NCBI RefSeq assembly: GCF_009914755.1
Contig: NC_060946.1
Direction: 5' to 3' (one strand)
From: the human T2T-CHM13v2.0 reference genome, Homo sapiens
Length of the DNA: 64,000 nucleotides
In this document: in pieces, positions 1 through 12,000 of the stretch
Layout of the letters: every line of letters starts with the position of its first letter
Numbering within the stretch: the stretch's first letter is position 1
The notes under the pieces: model-generated
The model's database searches: none
Told to the model about the DNA's origin: nothing
The model's input: the letters and a program-made list of their open reading frames with translations, nothing else
Position numbers and translations under genes: made by a program

Positions 1-320
1 ACAGTTATCCAAATATCCACTTGCAGATTCTACAAAAAGAGTGTATCAAAACTGCTCTGTCAAAAGGAAGGTTCTTCTCTGTTAGGTGAGTGCATACGTC
101 ATAAAGGAGTTTCTGAGAATGTTTCTGTCTAGTGGTTATGGGAAGATATTTGCTTTTTCACCGTAGGCCTCAGAGCGCTCCAAATATCCACTTGCACATA
201 CTACAAAAAGTGTGCCTCAAAGCTGCTCTCTGAAACGGAATGTTCAACTCTATGAGTTGAATGCAAACATCACAAAGACGTTTCTGAGAATGCTTCTGTC
301 AAAATTTGATATGAAGATAT

Positions 321-337
321 TCCCGTTTCCAACGAAA
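321..337 (-). promoter_or_regulatory. CENP-B box (1st of 4 per HOR; about 188 box positions in the window)
   Basis: tcccgtttccaacgaaa = reverse complement of TTTCGTTGGAAACGGGA, matching YTTCGTTGGAARCGGGA. Total is derived from unit counts: 40x4 + 7x3 + 5 + 2. Confidence 0.97.
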
Positions 338-658
338 TCTTCAAATCTATCCAAATGTCCACTTGCAGATTCAACAAAAAGTGTTTTTCAGAACTGCTCT
401 ATCAAAAGAAAGATCCACCTCTGTTAGCAGAGTTCACACATCACAAACAAGTTTATGAGAATGCTTCTGTCTAGTTTTTATTTGAAGATATTTCCTTTCT
501 CACCATAGACCTGAAAGCTGTCCTAATGTTCACTTCCAGATACTACAGAAAGAGTGTTTCAAAACTGCTGTACGAAAGGGAATGTTCAACTCTGTGACTT
601 GAATGCACACATCACAAAGAAGTTTCTGAGGATGCTGCTGTCTACTTTTTATACGTAA

Positions 659-675
659 TCCCGTTTCCAACGAAA
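659..675 (-). promoter_or_regulatory. CENP-B box (2nd in HOR), adjacent to the 4-bp-shortened segment of the 167-bp monomer
   Basis: tcccgtttccaacgaaa preceded by ctactttttatacgtaa instead of the usual ...gaagatat; 338 bp from the previous box. Confidence 0.96.
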
Positions 676-829
676 TCCTCCAAGCTATCCAAATATCCAT
701 TTGCAGATTCCACAGAAAGACTGTTTCAAAACTGCTCTGTCAATAGAAAGGTTCAACTCTGTTAGCTGCGTGCATATATCCCAAAGAAGATTCTGAGATT
801 GCTTCTGTCTAGTTTTTATGGGAAGATAT

Positions 830-846
830 TTCCCTTTTCACCGTAG
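830..846 (-). promoter_or_regulatory. A-box / pJalpha-like motif at the box position of the alternating non-CENP-B monomers
   Basis: ttcccttttcaccgtag lies exactly 171 bp from the CENP-B box at 659 and resembles the A-type monomer motif (reverse complement CTACGGTGAAAAGGGAA). The other A monomers carry variants (ttgctttttcaccgtag, ttcctttctcaccatag, ttccctttatcaccatgg). Confidence 0.7.
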
Positions 847-1000
847 GCGTCAAGGCGCTCCAAATGTCCACTTCCAGATACTACAAAAAGAGTGTTTCAA
901 ACCTACTCTGTGAAAGGGAATATTCAACTCTGTGACTTGAATGCACATATCACAAAGAAGTTTCTGAGAATGTTTCTGTCGAGATTTTATATGAAGATAT

Positions 1001-1017
1001 TCCCGTTTCCAACGAAA
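1001..1017 (-). promoter_or_regulatory. CENP-B box (3rd in HOR)
   Basis: Exact tcccgtttccaacgaaa, 342 bp after 659. Confidence 0.96.
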
Positions 1018-1342
1018 TCCTGAAATCTATCCAAATATCCCCTCGCAGATTCTACAAAAAGAGTGTTTCAAAACTGCTCTGTAAAAAGAAAGGTTCAACT
1101 CTGTTAGTTGAGTACACACATCACAAACAAGTTTCACAGAATGCTTCTTTCTAGCTTGTAGGGGAAGATATTCCCTTTATCACCATGGGCCTCAAACCGT
1201 CCGAAACGTCCACTTCCATATACTACAAAAAGAGCGTTTCAAACCTGCTCTAGGAAAGGCAATGTTCAACTCTGTGACTTGAATGCAGACATCACAGAGC
1301 AGTTTCTGAGAATGCTTCTGTCTAGATTTTATAGGAAGATAT

Positions 1343-1359
1343 TCCCGTTTCCAACGAAA
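1343..1359 (-). promoter_or_regulatory. CENP-B box (4th in HOR)
   Basis: Exact tcccgtttccaacgaaa, 342 bp after 1001. Confidence 0.96.
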
Positions 1360-1575
1360 TCTTCACAGCTATCCCAATATCCACTTGCAGATTCTACAAA
1401 AAGAGTGTATCAAAACTGCTCTGTGAAAAGGAAGGTTCTTCTCTGTTAGGTGAGTGCATACGTCATAAAGGAGTTTCTGAGAATGTTTCTGTCTAGTGGT
1501 TATGGGAAGATATTTGCTTTTTAACCGTAGGCCTCAGAGCGCTCCAAATATCCACTTGCACATACTACAAAAAGA

Positions 1576-2597
1576 GTGCCTCAAAGCTGCTCTCTGAAAC
1601 GGAATGTTCAACTCTATGAGTTGAATGCAAACATCACAACGACGTTTCTGAGAATGCTTCTGTCTAGATTTGATATGAAGATATTCCCGTTACCAACGAA
1701 ATCTTCAAATCTATCCAAATGTCCACTTGCAGATTCAACAAAAAGTGTTTTTCAGAACTGCTCTATCAAAAGAAAGATCCACCTCTGTTAGCTGAGTTCA
1801 CACATCACAAACAAGTTTATGAGAATGCTTCTGTCTAGTTTTTATTTGAAGATATTTCCTTTCTCACCATAGACCTGAAAGCTGTCCTAATGTTCACTTC
1901 CAGACACTACAGAAAGAGTGTTTCAAAACTGCTGTACGAAAGGGAATGTTCAACTCTGTGACTTGAATGCACACATCACAAAGAAGTTTCTGAGGATGCT
2001 GCTGTCTACTTTTTATACGTAATCCCGTTTCCAACGAAATCCTCCAAGCTATCCAAATATCCACTTGCAGATTCCACAGAAAGACTGTTTCAAAACTGCT
2101 CTGTCAATAGAAAGGTTCAACTCTGTTAGCTGCGTGCATATATCCCAAAGAAGATTCTGAGATTGCTTCTGTCTAGTTTTTATGGGAAGATATTTCCCTT
2201 TTCACTGTAGGCGTCAAGGCGCTCCAAATGTCCACTTCCAGATACTACAAAAAGAGTGTTTCAAACCTACTCTGTGAAAGGGAATATTCAACTCTGTGAC
2301 TTGAATGCAGATATCACAAAGAAGTTTCTGAGAATGCTTCTGTCTAGATTTTATAGGAAGATATTCCCATTTCCAACGAAATCTTCACAGCTATCCAAAT
2401 ATCCACTTGCAGATTCTACAAAAAGAGTGTATCAAAACTGCTCTGTCAAAAGGAAGGTTCTTCTCTGTTAGGTGAGTGCATACGTCATAAAGGAGTTTCT
2501 GAGAATGTTTCTGTCTAGTGGTTATGGGAAGATATTTGCTTTTTCACCGTAGGCCTCAGAGCTCTCCAAATATCCACTTGCACATACTACAAAAAGT
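1576..2597 (-). repeat. 6-mer HOR structural variant (1022 bp; 342-bp deletion, hybrid monomer)
   Basis: Anchor spacing 1022; at 2323..2344 the ...gatatcacaaagaagtttctgagaatgcttctgtc monomer continues directly into tagattttatagg, skipping two monomers. Confidence 0.95.
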
Positions 2598-5500
2598 GTG
2601 CCTCAAAGCTGCTCTCTGAAACGGGATGTTCAACTCTATGAGTTGAATGCAAACATCACAAAGACGTTTCTGAGAATGCTTCTGTCTAGATTTGATATGA
2701 AGATATTCCCGTTTCCAACGAAATCTTCAAATCTATCGAAATGTCCACTTGCAGATTCAACAAAAAGTGTTTTTCAGAACTGCTCTATCAAAAGAAAGAT
2801 CCACCTCTGTTAGCTGAGTTCACACATCACAAACAAGTTTATGAGAATGCTTCTGTCTAGTTTTTATTTGAAGATATTTCCTTTCTCACCATAGACCTGA
2901 AAGCTGTCCTAATGTTCACTTCCAGATACTACAGAAAGAGTGTTTCAAAACTGCTGTACGAAAGGGAATGTTCAACTCTGTGACTTGAATGCACACATCA
3001 CAAAGAAGTTTCTGAGGATGCTGCTGTCTACTTTTTATACATAATCCCGTTTCCAACGAAATCCTCCAAGCTATCCAAATATCCATTTGCAGATTCCACA
3101 GAAAGACTGTTTCAAAACTGCTCTGTCAATAGAAAGGTTCAACTCTGTTAGCTGCGTGCATATATCCCAAAGAAGATTCTGAGATTGCTTCTGTCTAGTT
3201 TTTATGGGAAGATATTTCCCTTTTCACCGTAGGCGTCAAGGCGCTCCAAATGTCCACTTCCAGATACTACAAAAAGAGTGTTTCAAACCTACTCTGTGAA
3301 AGGGAATATTCAACTCTGTGACTTGAATGCAGATATCACAAAGAAGTTTCTGAGAATGCTTCTGTCGAGATTTTATATGAAGATATTCCCGTTTCCAACG
3401 AAATCCTGAAGTCTCTCCAAATATCCCCTCGCAGATTCTACAAAAAGAGTGTTTCAAAACTGCTCTGTAAAAAGAAAGGTTCAACTCTGTTAGTTGAGTA
3501 CACACATCACAAACAAGTTTCACAGAATGCTTCTTTCTAGCTTGTAGGGGAAGATATTCCCTTTATCACCATGGGCCTCAAACCGTCCGAAACGTCCACT
3601 TCCATATACTACAAAAAGAGCGTTTCTAAACTGCTCTAGGAAAGGCAATGTTCAACTCTGTGACTTGAATGCAGACATCACAGAGCAGTTTCTGAGAATG
3701 CTTCTGTCTAGATTTTATAGGAAGATATTCCCGTTTCCAACGAAATCTTCACAGCTATCCCAATATCCACTTGCAGATTCTACAAAAAGAGTGTATCAAA
3801 ACTGCTCTGTCAAAAGGAAGGTTCTTCTCTGTTAGGTGAGTGCATACGTCATAAAGGAGTTTCTGAGAATGTTTCTGTCTAGTGGTTATGGGAAGATATT
3901 TGCTTTTTCACCGTAGGCCTCAGAGCGCTCCAAATATCCACTTGCACATACTACAAAAAGAGTGCCTCAAAGCTGCTCTCTGAAACGGAATGTTCAACTC
4001 TATGAGTTGAATGCAAACATCGCAAAGACGTTTCTGAGAATGCTTCTGTCTAGATTTGATATGAAGATATTCCCGTTTCCAACGAAATCTTCAAATCTAT
4101 CCAAATGTCCACTTGCAGATTCAACAAAAAGTGTTTTTCAGAACTGCTCTATCAAAAGAAAGATCCACCTCTGTTAGCTGAGTTCACACATCACAAACAA
4201 GTTTATGAGAATGCTTCTGTCTAGTTTTTATTTGAAGATATTTCCTTTCTCACCATAGACCTGAAAGCTGTCCTAATGTTCACTTCCAGATACTACAGAA
4301 AGAGTGTTTCAACACTGCTGTACGAAAGGGAATGTTCAACTCTGTGACTTGAATGCACACATCACAAAGAAGATTCTGAGGATGCTGCTGTCTACTTTTT
4401 ATACGTAATCCCGTTTCCAACGAAATCCTCCAAGCTATCCAAATATCCACTTGCAGATTCCACAGAAAGACTGTTTCAAAACTGCTCTGTCAATAGAAAG
4501 GTTCAACTCTGTTAGCTGCGTGCATATATCCCAAAGAAGATTCTGAGATTGCTTCTGTCTAGTTTTTATGGGAAGATATTTCCCTTTTCACCGTAGGCGT
4601 CAAGGCGCTCCAAATGTCCACTTCCAGATACTACAAAAAGAGTGTTTCAAACCTACTCTGTGAAAGGGAATATTCAACTCTGTGACTTGAATGGGGATAT
4701 CACAAAGAAGTTTCTGAGAATGCTTCTGTCGAGATTTTATATGAAGATATTCCCGTTTCCAACGAAATCCTGAAATCTATCCAAATATCCCCTCGCAGAT
4801 TCTACAAAAAGAGTGTTTCAAAACTGCTCTGTAAAAAGAAAGGTTCAACTCTGTTAGTTGAGTACACACATCACAAACAAGTTTCACAGAATGCTTCTTT
4901 CTAGCTTGTAGGGGAAGATATTCCCTTTATCACCATGGGCCTCAAACCGTCCGAAACGTCCACTTCCATATACTACAAAAAGAGCGTTTCAAACCTGCTC
5001 TAGGAAAGGCAATGTTCAACTCTGTGACTTGAATGCAGACATCACAGAGCAGTTTCTGAGAATGCTTCTGTCTAGATTTTATAGGAAGATATTCCCGTTT
5101 CCAACGAAATCTTCACAGCTATCCCAATATCCTCTTGCAGATTCTACAAAAAGAGTGTATCAAAACTGCTCTGTCAAAAGGAAGGTTCTTCTCTGTTAGG
5201 TGAGTGCATACGTCATAAAGGAGTTTCTGAGAATGTTTCTGTCTAGTGGTTATGGGAAGATATTTGCTTTTTCACCGAAGGCCTCAGAGCGCTCCAAATA
5301 TCCACTTGCACATACTACAAAATGAGTGCCTCAAAGCTGCTCTCTGAAACGGAATGTTCAACTCTATGAGTTGAATGCAAACATCACAAAGACGTTTCCG
5401 AGAATGCTTCTGCCTAGATTTGATATGAAGATATTCCCGTTTCCAACGAAATCTTCAAATCTATCCAAATGTCCACCTGCAGATTCAACAAAAAGTGTTT

Positions 5501-8053
5501 TTCAGAACTGCTCTATCAAAAGAAAGATCCATCTCTGTTAGCTGAGTTCACACATCACAAACAAGTTTATGAGAATGCTTCTGTCTAGTTTTTATTTGAA
5601 GATATTTCCTTTCTCACCATAGAGCTGAAAGCTGTCCTAATGTTCACTTCCAGATACTACAGAAAGAGTGTTTCAAAACTGCTGTACGAAAGGGAATGTT
5701 CAACTCTGTGACTTGAATGCACACATCACAAAGAAGTTTCTGAGGATGCTGCTGTCTACTTTTTATACGTAATCCCGTTTCCAACGAAATCCTCCAAGCT
5801 ATCCAAATATCCACTTGCAGATTCCACAGAAAGACTGTTTCAAAACTGCTCTGTCAATAGAAAGGTTCAACTCTGTTAACTGCGTGCATATATCCCAAAG
5901 AAGATTCTGAGATTGCTTCTGTCTAGTTTTTATGGGAAGATATTTCCCTTTTCACCGTAGGCGTCAAGGCGCTCCAAATGTCCACTTCCAGATACTACAA
6001 AAAGAGTGTTTCAAACCTACTCTGTGAAAGGGAATATTCAACTCTGTGACTTGAATGCACATATCACAAAGAAGTTTCTGAGAATGCTTCTGTCGAGATT
6101 TTATATGAAGATATTCCCGTTTCCAACGAAATCCTGAAATCTATCCAAATATCCCCTCGCAGATTCTACAAAAAGAGTGTTTCAAAACTGCTCTGTAAAA
6201 AGAAAGGTTCAACTCTGTTACTTGAGTACACACATCACAAACAAGTTTCACAGAATGCTTCTTTCTAGCTTGTAGGGGAAGATATTCCCTTTATCACCAT
6301 GGGCCTCCAACCGTCCGAAACATCCACTTCCATATACTACAAAAAGAGCGTTTCAAACCTGCTCTATGAAAGGCAATGTTCAACTCTGTGACTTGAATGC
6401 AGACATCACAGAGCAGTTTCTGAGAATGCTTCTGTCTAGATTTTATAGGAAGATATTCCCGTTTCCAACGAAATCTTCACAGTTATCCAAATATCCACTT
6501 GCAGATTCTACAAAAAGAGTGTATCAAAACTGCTCTGTCAAAAGGAAGGTTCTTCTCTGTTAGGTGAGTGCATACGTCATAAAGGAGTTTCTGAGAATGT
6601 TTCTGTCTAGTGGTTATGGGAAGATATTTGCTTTTTCACCGTAGGCCTCAGAGCGCTCCAAATATCCACTTGCACATACTACAAAAAGTGTGCCTCAAAG
6701 CTGCTCTCTGAAACGGAATGTTCAACTCTATGAGTTGAATGCAAACATCACAAAGACGTTTCTGAGAATGCTTCTGTCAAAATTTGATATGAAGATATTC
6801 CCGTTTCCAACGAAATCTTCAAATCTATCCAAATGTCCACTTGCAGATTCAACAAAAAGTGTTTTTCAGAACTGCTCTATCAAAAGAAAGATCCACCTCT
6901 GTTAGCAGAGTTCACACATCACAAACAAGTTTATGAGAATGCTTCTGTCTAGTTTTTATTTGAAGATATTTCCTTTCTCACCATAGACCTGAAAGCTGTC
7001 CTAATGTTCACTTCCAGATACTACAGAAAGAGTGTTTCAAAACTGCTGTACGAAAGGGAATGTTCAACTCTGTGACTTGAATGCACACATCACAAAGAAG
7101 TTTCTGAGGATGCTGCTGTCTACTTTTTATACGTAATCCCGTTTCCAACGAAATCCTCCAAGCTATCCAAATATCCATTTGCAGATTCCACAGAAAGACT
7201 GTTTCAAAACTGCTCTGTCAATAGAAAGGTTCAACTCTGTTAGCTGCGTGCATATATCCCAAAGAAGATTCTGAGATTGCTTCTGTCTAGTTTTTATGGG
7301 AAGATATTTCCCTTTTCACCGTAGGCGTCAAGGCGCTCCAAATGTCCACTTCCAGATACTACAAAAAGAGTGTTTCAAACCTACTCTGTGAAAGGGAATA
7401 TTCAACTCTGTGACTTGAATGCACATATCACAAAGAAGTTTCTGAGAATGTTTCTGTCGAGATTTTATATGAAGATATTCCCGTTTCCAACGAAATCCTG
7501 AAATCTATCCAAATATCCCCTCGCAGATTCTACAAAAAGAGTGTTTCAAAACTGCTCTGTAAAAAGAAAGGTTCAACTCTGTTAGTTGAGTACACACATC
7601 ACAAACAAGTTTCACAGAATGCTTCTTTCTAGCTTGTAGGGGAAGATATTCCCTTTATCACCATGGGCCTCAAACCGTCCGAAACGTCCACTTCCATATA
7701 CTACAAAAAGAGCGTTTCAAACCTGCTCTAGGAAAGGCAATGTTCAACTCTGTGACTTGAATGCAGACATCACAGAGCAGTTTCTGAGAATGCTTCTGTC
7801 TAGATTTTATAGGAAGATATTCCCGTTTCCAACGAAATCTTCACAGCTATCCCAATATCCACTTGCAGATTCTACAAAAAGAGTGTATCAAAACTGCTCT
7901 GTGAAAAGGAAGGTTCTTCTCTGTTAGGTGAGTGCATACGTCATAAAGGAGTTTCTGAGAATGTTTCTGTCTAGTGGTTATGGGAAGATATTTGCTTTTT
8001 AACCGTAGGCCTCAGAGCGCTCCAAATATCCACTTGCACATACTACAAAAAGA

Positions 8054-9075
8054 GTGCCTCAAAGCTGCTCTCTGAAACGGAATGTTCAACTCTATGAGTT
8101 GAATGCAAACATCACAACGACGTTTCTGAGAATGCTTCTGTCTAGATTTGATATGAAGATATTCCCGTTACCAACGAAATCTTCAAATCTATCCAAATGT
8201 CCACTTGCAGATTCAACAAAAAGTGTTTTTCAGAACTGCTCTATCAAAAGAAAGATCCACCTCTGTTAGCTGAGTTCACACATCACAAACAAGTTTATGA
8301 GAATGCTTCTGTCTAGTTTTTATTTGAAGATATTTCCTTTCTCACCATAGACCTGAAAGCTGTCCTAATGTTCACTTCCAGACACTACAGAAAGAGTGTT
8401 TCAAAACTGCTGTACGAAAGGGAATGTTCAACTCTGTGACTTGAATGCACACATCACAAAGAAGTTTCTGAGGATGCTGCTGTCTACTTTTTATACGTAA
8501 TCCCGTTTCCAACGAAATCCTCCAAGCTATCCAAATATCCACTTGCAGATTCCACAGAAAGACTGTTTCAAAACTGCTCTGTCAATAGAAAGGTTCAACT
8601 CTGTTAGCTGCGTGCATATATCCCAAAGAAGATTCTGAGATTGCTTCTGTCTAGTTTTTATGGGAAGATATTTCCCTTTTCACTGTAGGCGTCAAGGCGC
8701 TCCAAATGTCCACTTCCAGATACTACAAAAAGAGTGTTTCAAACCTACTCTGTGAAAGGGAATATTCAACTCTGTGACTTGAATGCAGATATCACAAAGA
8801 AGTTTCTGAGAATGCTTCTGTCTAGATTTTATAGGAAGATATTCCCATTTCCAACGAAATCTTCACAGCTATCCAAATATCCACTTGCAGATTCTACAAA
8901 AAGAGTGTATCAAAACTGCTCTGTCAAAAGGAAGGTTCTTCTCTGTTAGGTGAGTGCATACGTCATAAAGGAGTTTCTGAGAATGTTTCTGTCTAGTGGT
9001 TATGGGAAGATATTTGCTTTTTCACCGTAGGCCTCAGAGCTCTCCAAATATCCACTTGCACATACTACAAAAAGT
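8054..9075 (-). repeat. 6-mer HOR structural variant (1022 bp)
   Basis: Anchor spacing 1022; same junction at 8801..8822. Confidence 0.95.
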
Positions 9076-12000
9076 GTGCCTCAAAGCTGCTCTCTGAAAC
9101 GGGATGTTCAACTCTATGAGTTGAATGCAAACATCACAAAGACGTTTCTGAGAATGCTTCTGTCTAGATTTGATATGAAGATATTCCCGTTTCCAACGAA
9201 ATCTTCAAATCTATCGAAATGTCCACTTGCAGATTCAACAAAAAGTGTTTTTCAGAACTGCTCTATCAAAAGAAAGATCCACCTCTGTTAGCTGAGTTCA
9301 CACATCACAAACAAGTTTATGAGAATGCTTCTGTCTAGTTTTTATTTGAAGATATTTCCTTTCTCACCATAGACCTGAAAGCTGTCCTAATGTTCACTTC
9401 CAGATACTACAGAAAGAGTGTTTCAAAACTGCTGTACGAAAGGGAATGTTCAACTCTGTGACTTGAATGCACACATCACAAAGAAGTTTCTGAGGATGCT
9501 GCTGTCTACTTTTTATACATAATCCCGTTTCCAACGAAATCCTCCAAGCTATCCAAATATCCATTTGCAGATTCCACAGAAAGACTGTTTCAAAACTGCT
9601 CTGTCAATAGAAAGGTTCAACTCTGTTAGCTGCGTGCATATATCCCAAAGAAGATTCTGAGATTGCTTCTGTCTAGTTTTTATGGGAAGATATTTCCCTT
9701 TTCACCGTAGGCGTCAAGGCGCTCCAAATGTCCACTTCCAGATACTACAAAAAGAGTGTTTCAAACCTACTCTGTGAAAGGGAATATTCAACTCTGTGAC
9801 TTGAATGCAGATATCACAAAGAAGTTTCTGAGAATGCTTCTGTCGAGATTTTATATGAAGATATTCCCGTTTCCAACGAAATCCTGAAGTCTCTCCAAAT
9901 ATCCCCTCGCAGATTCTACAAAAAGAGTGTTTCAAAACTGCTCTGTAAAAAGAAAGGTTCAACTCTGTTAGTTGAGTACACACATCACAAACAAGTTTCA
10001 CAGAATGCTTCTTTCTAGCTTGTAGGGGAAGATATTCCCTTTATCACCATGGGCCTCAAACCGTCCGAAACGTCCACTTCCATATACTACAAAAAGAGCG
10101 TTTCTAAACTGCTCTAGGAAAGGCAATGTTCAACTCTGTGACTTGAATGCAGACATCACAGAGCAGTTTCTGAGAATGCTTCTGTCTAGATTTTATAGGA
10201 AGATATTCCCGTTTCCAACGAAATCTTCACAGCTATCCCAATATCCACTTGCAGATTCTACAAAAAGAGTGTATCAAAACTGCTCTGTCAAAAGGAAGGT
10301 TCTTCTCTGTTAGGTGAGTGCATACGTCATAAAGGAGTTTCTGAGAATGTTTCTGTCTAGTGGTTATGGGAAGATATTTGCTTTTTCACCGTAGGCCTCA
10401 GAGCGCTCCAAATATCCACTTGCACATACTACAAAAAGAGTGCCTCAAAGCTGCTCTCTGAAACGGAATGTTCAACTCTATGAGTTGAATGCAAACATCG
10501 CAAAGACGTTTCTGAGAATGCTTCTGTCTAGATTTGATATGAAGATATTCCCGTTTCCAACGAAATCTTCAAATCTATCCAAATGTCCACTTGCAGATTC
10601 AACAAAAAGTGTTTTTCAGAACTGCTCTATCAAAAGAAAGATCCACCTCTGTTAGCTGAGTTCACACATCACAAACAAGTTTATGAGAATGCTTCTGTCT
10701 AGTTTTTATTTGAAGATATTTCCTTTCTCACCATAGACCTGAAAGCTGTCCTAATGTTCACTTCCAGATACTACAGAAAGAGTGTTTCAACACTGCTGTA
10801 CGAAAGGGAATGTTCAACTCTGTGACTTGAATGCACACATCACAAAGAAGATTCTGAGGATGCTGCTGTCTACTTTTTATACGTAATCCCGTTTCCAACG
10901 AAATCCTCCAAGCTATCCAAATATCCACTTGCAGATTCCACAGAAAGACTGTTTCAAAACTGCTCTGTCAATAGAAAGGTTCAACTCTGTTAGCTGCGTG
11001 CATATATCCCAAAGAAGATTCTGAGATTGCTTCTGTCTAGTTTTTATGGGAAGATATTTCCCTTTTCACCGTAGGCGTCAAGGCGCTCCAAATGTCCACT
11101 TCCAGATACTACAAAAAGAGTGTTTCAAACCTACTCTGTGAAAGGGAATATTCAACTCTGTGACTTGAATGGGGATATCACAAAGAAGTTTCTGAGAATG
11201 CTTCTGTCGAGATTTTATATGAAGATATTCCCGTTTCCAACGAAATCCTGAAATCTATCCAAATATCCCCTCGCAGATTCTACAAAAAGAGTGTTTCAAA
11301 ACTGCTCTGTAAAAAGAAAGGTTCAACTCTGTTAGTTGAGTACACACATCACAAACAAGTTTCACAGAATGCTTCTTTCTAGCTTGTAGGGGAAGATATT
11401 CCCTTTATCACCATGGGCCTCAAACCGTCCGAAACGTCCACTTCCATATACTACAAAAAGAGCGTTTCAAACCTGCTCTAGGAAAGGCAATGTTCAACTC
11501 TGTGACTTGAATGCAGACATCACAGAGCAGTTTCTGAGAATGCTTCTGTCTAGATTTTATAGGAAGATATTCCCGTTTCCAACGAAATCTTCACAGCTAT
11601 CCCAATATCCTCTTGCAGATTCTACAAAAAGAGTGTATCAAAACTGCTCTGTCAAAAGGAAGGTTCTTCTCTGTTAGGTGAGTGCATACGTCATAAAGGA
11701 GTTTCTGAGAATGTTTCTGTCTAGTGGTTATGGGAAGATATTTGCTTTTTCACCGAAGGCCTCAGAGCGCTCCAAATATCCACTTGCACATACTACAAAA
11801 TGAGTGCCTCAAAGCTGCTCTCTGAAACGGAATGTTCAACTTTATGAGTTGAATGCAAACATCACAAAGACGTTTCCGAGAATGCTTCTGCCTAGATTTG
11901 ATATGAAGATATTCCCGTTTCCAACGAAATCTTCAAATCTATCCAAATGTCCACCTGCAGATTCAACAAAAAGTGTTTTTCAGAACTGCTCTATCAAAAG

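Larger units (their letters stand above)
212..1575 (-). repeat. Representative canonical 8-mer HOR unit; tentatively the chromosome 14/22 array (D14Z9/D22Z1, S2C14/22H1L)
   Basis: Seen: 1364-bp period, four CENP-B boxes spaced 338/342/342/342, XbaI (tctaga) and TaqI (tcga) sites recurring in most units, no regular EcoRI site. Knowledge: the chr14/22 alphaXT family is an SF2 8-mer of ~1.36 kb. Inference: chromosome assignment is from memory and not aligned; chr18 and chr20 SF2 arrays also have ~1.36-kb units. Confidence 0.6.

Noticed and set aside
244-260. Short inverted repeat tcaactc-tat-gagttga in each HOR
   Set aside because: Real, but short dyad symmetries are a known general property of alpha satellite, and there is no evidence of a special function here.
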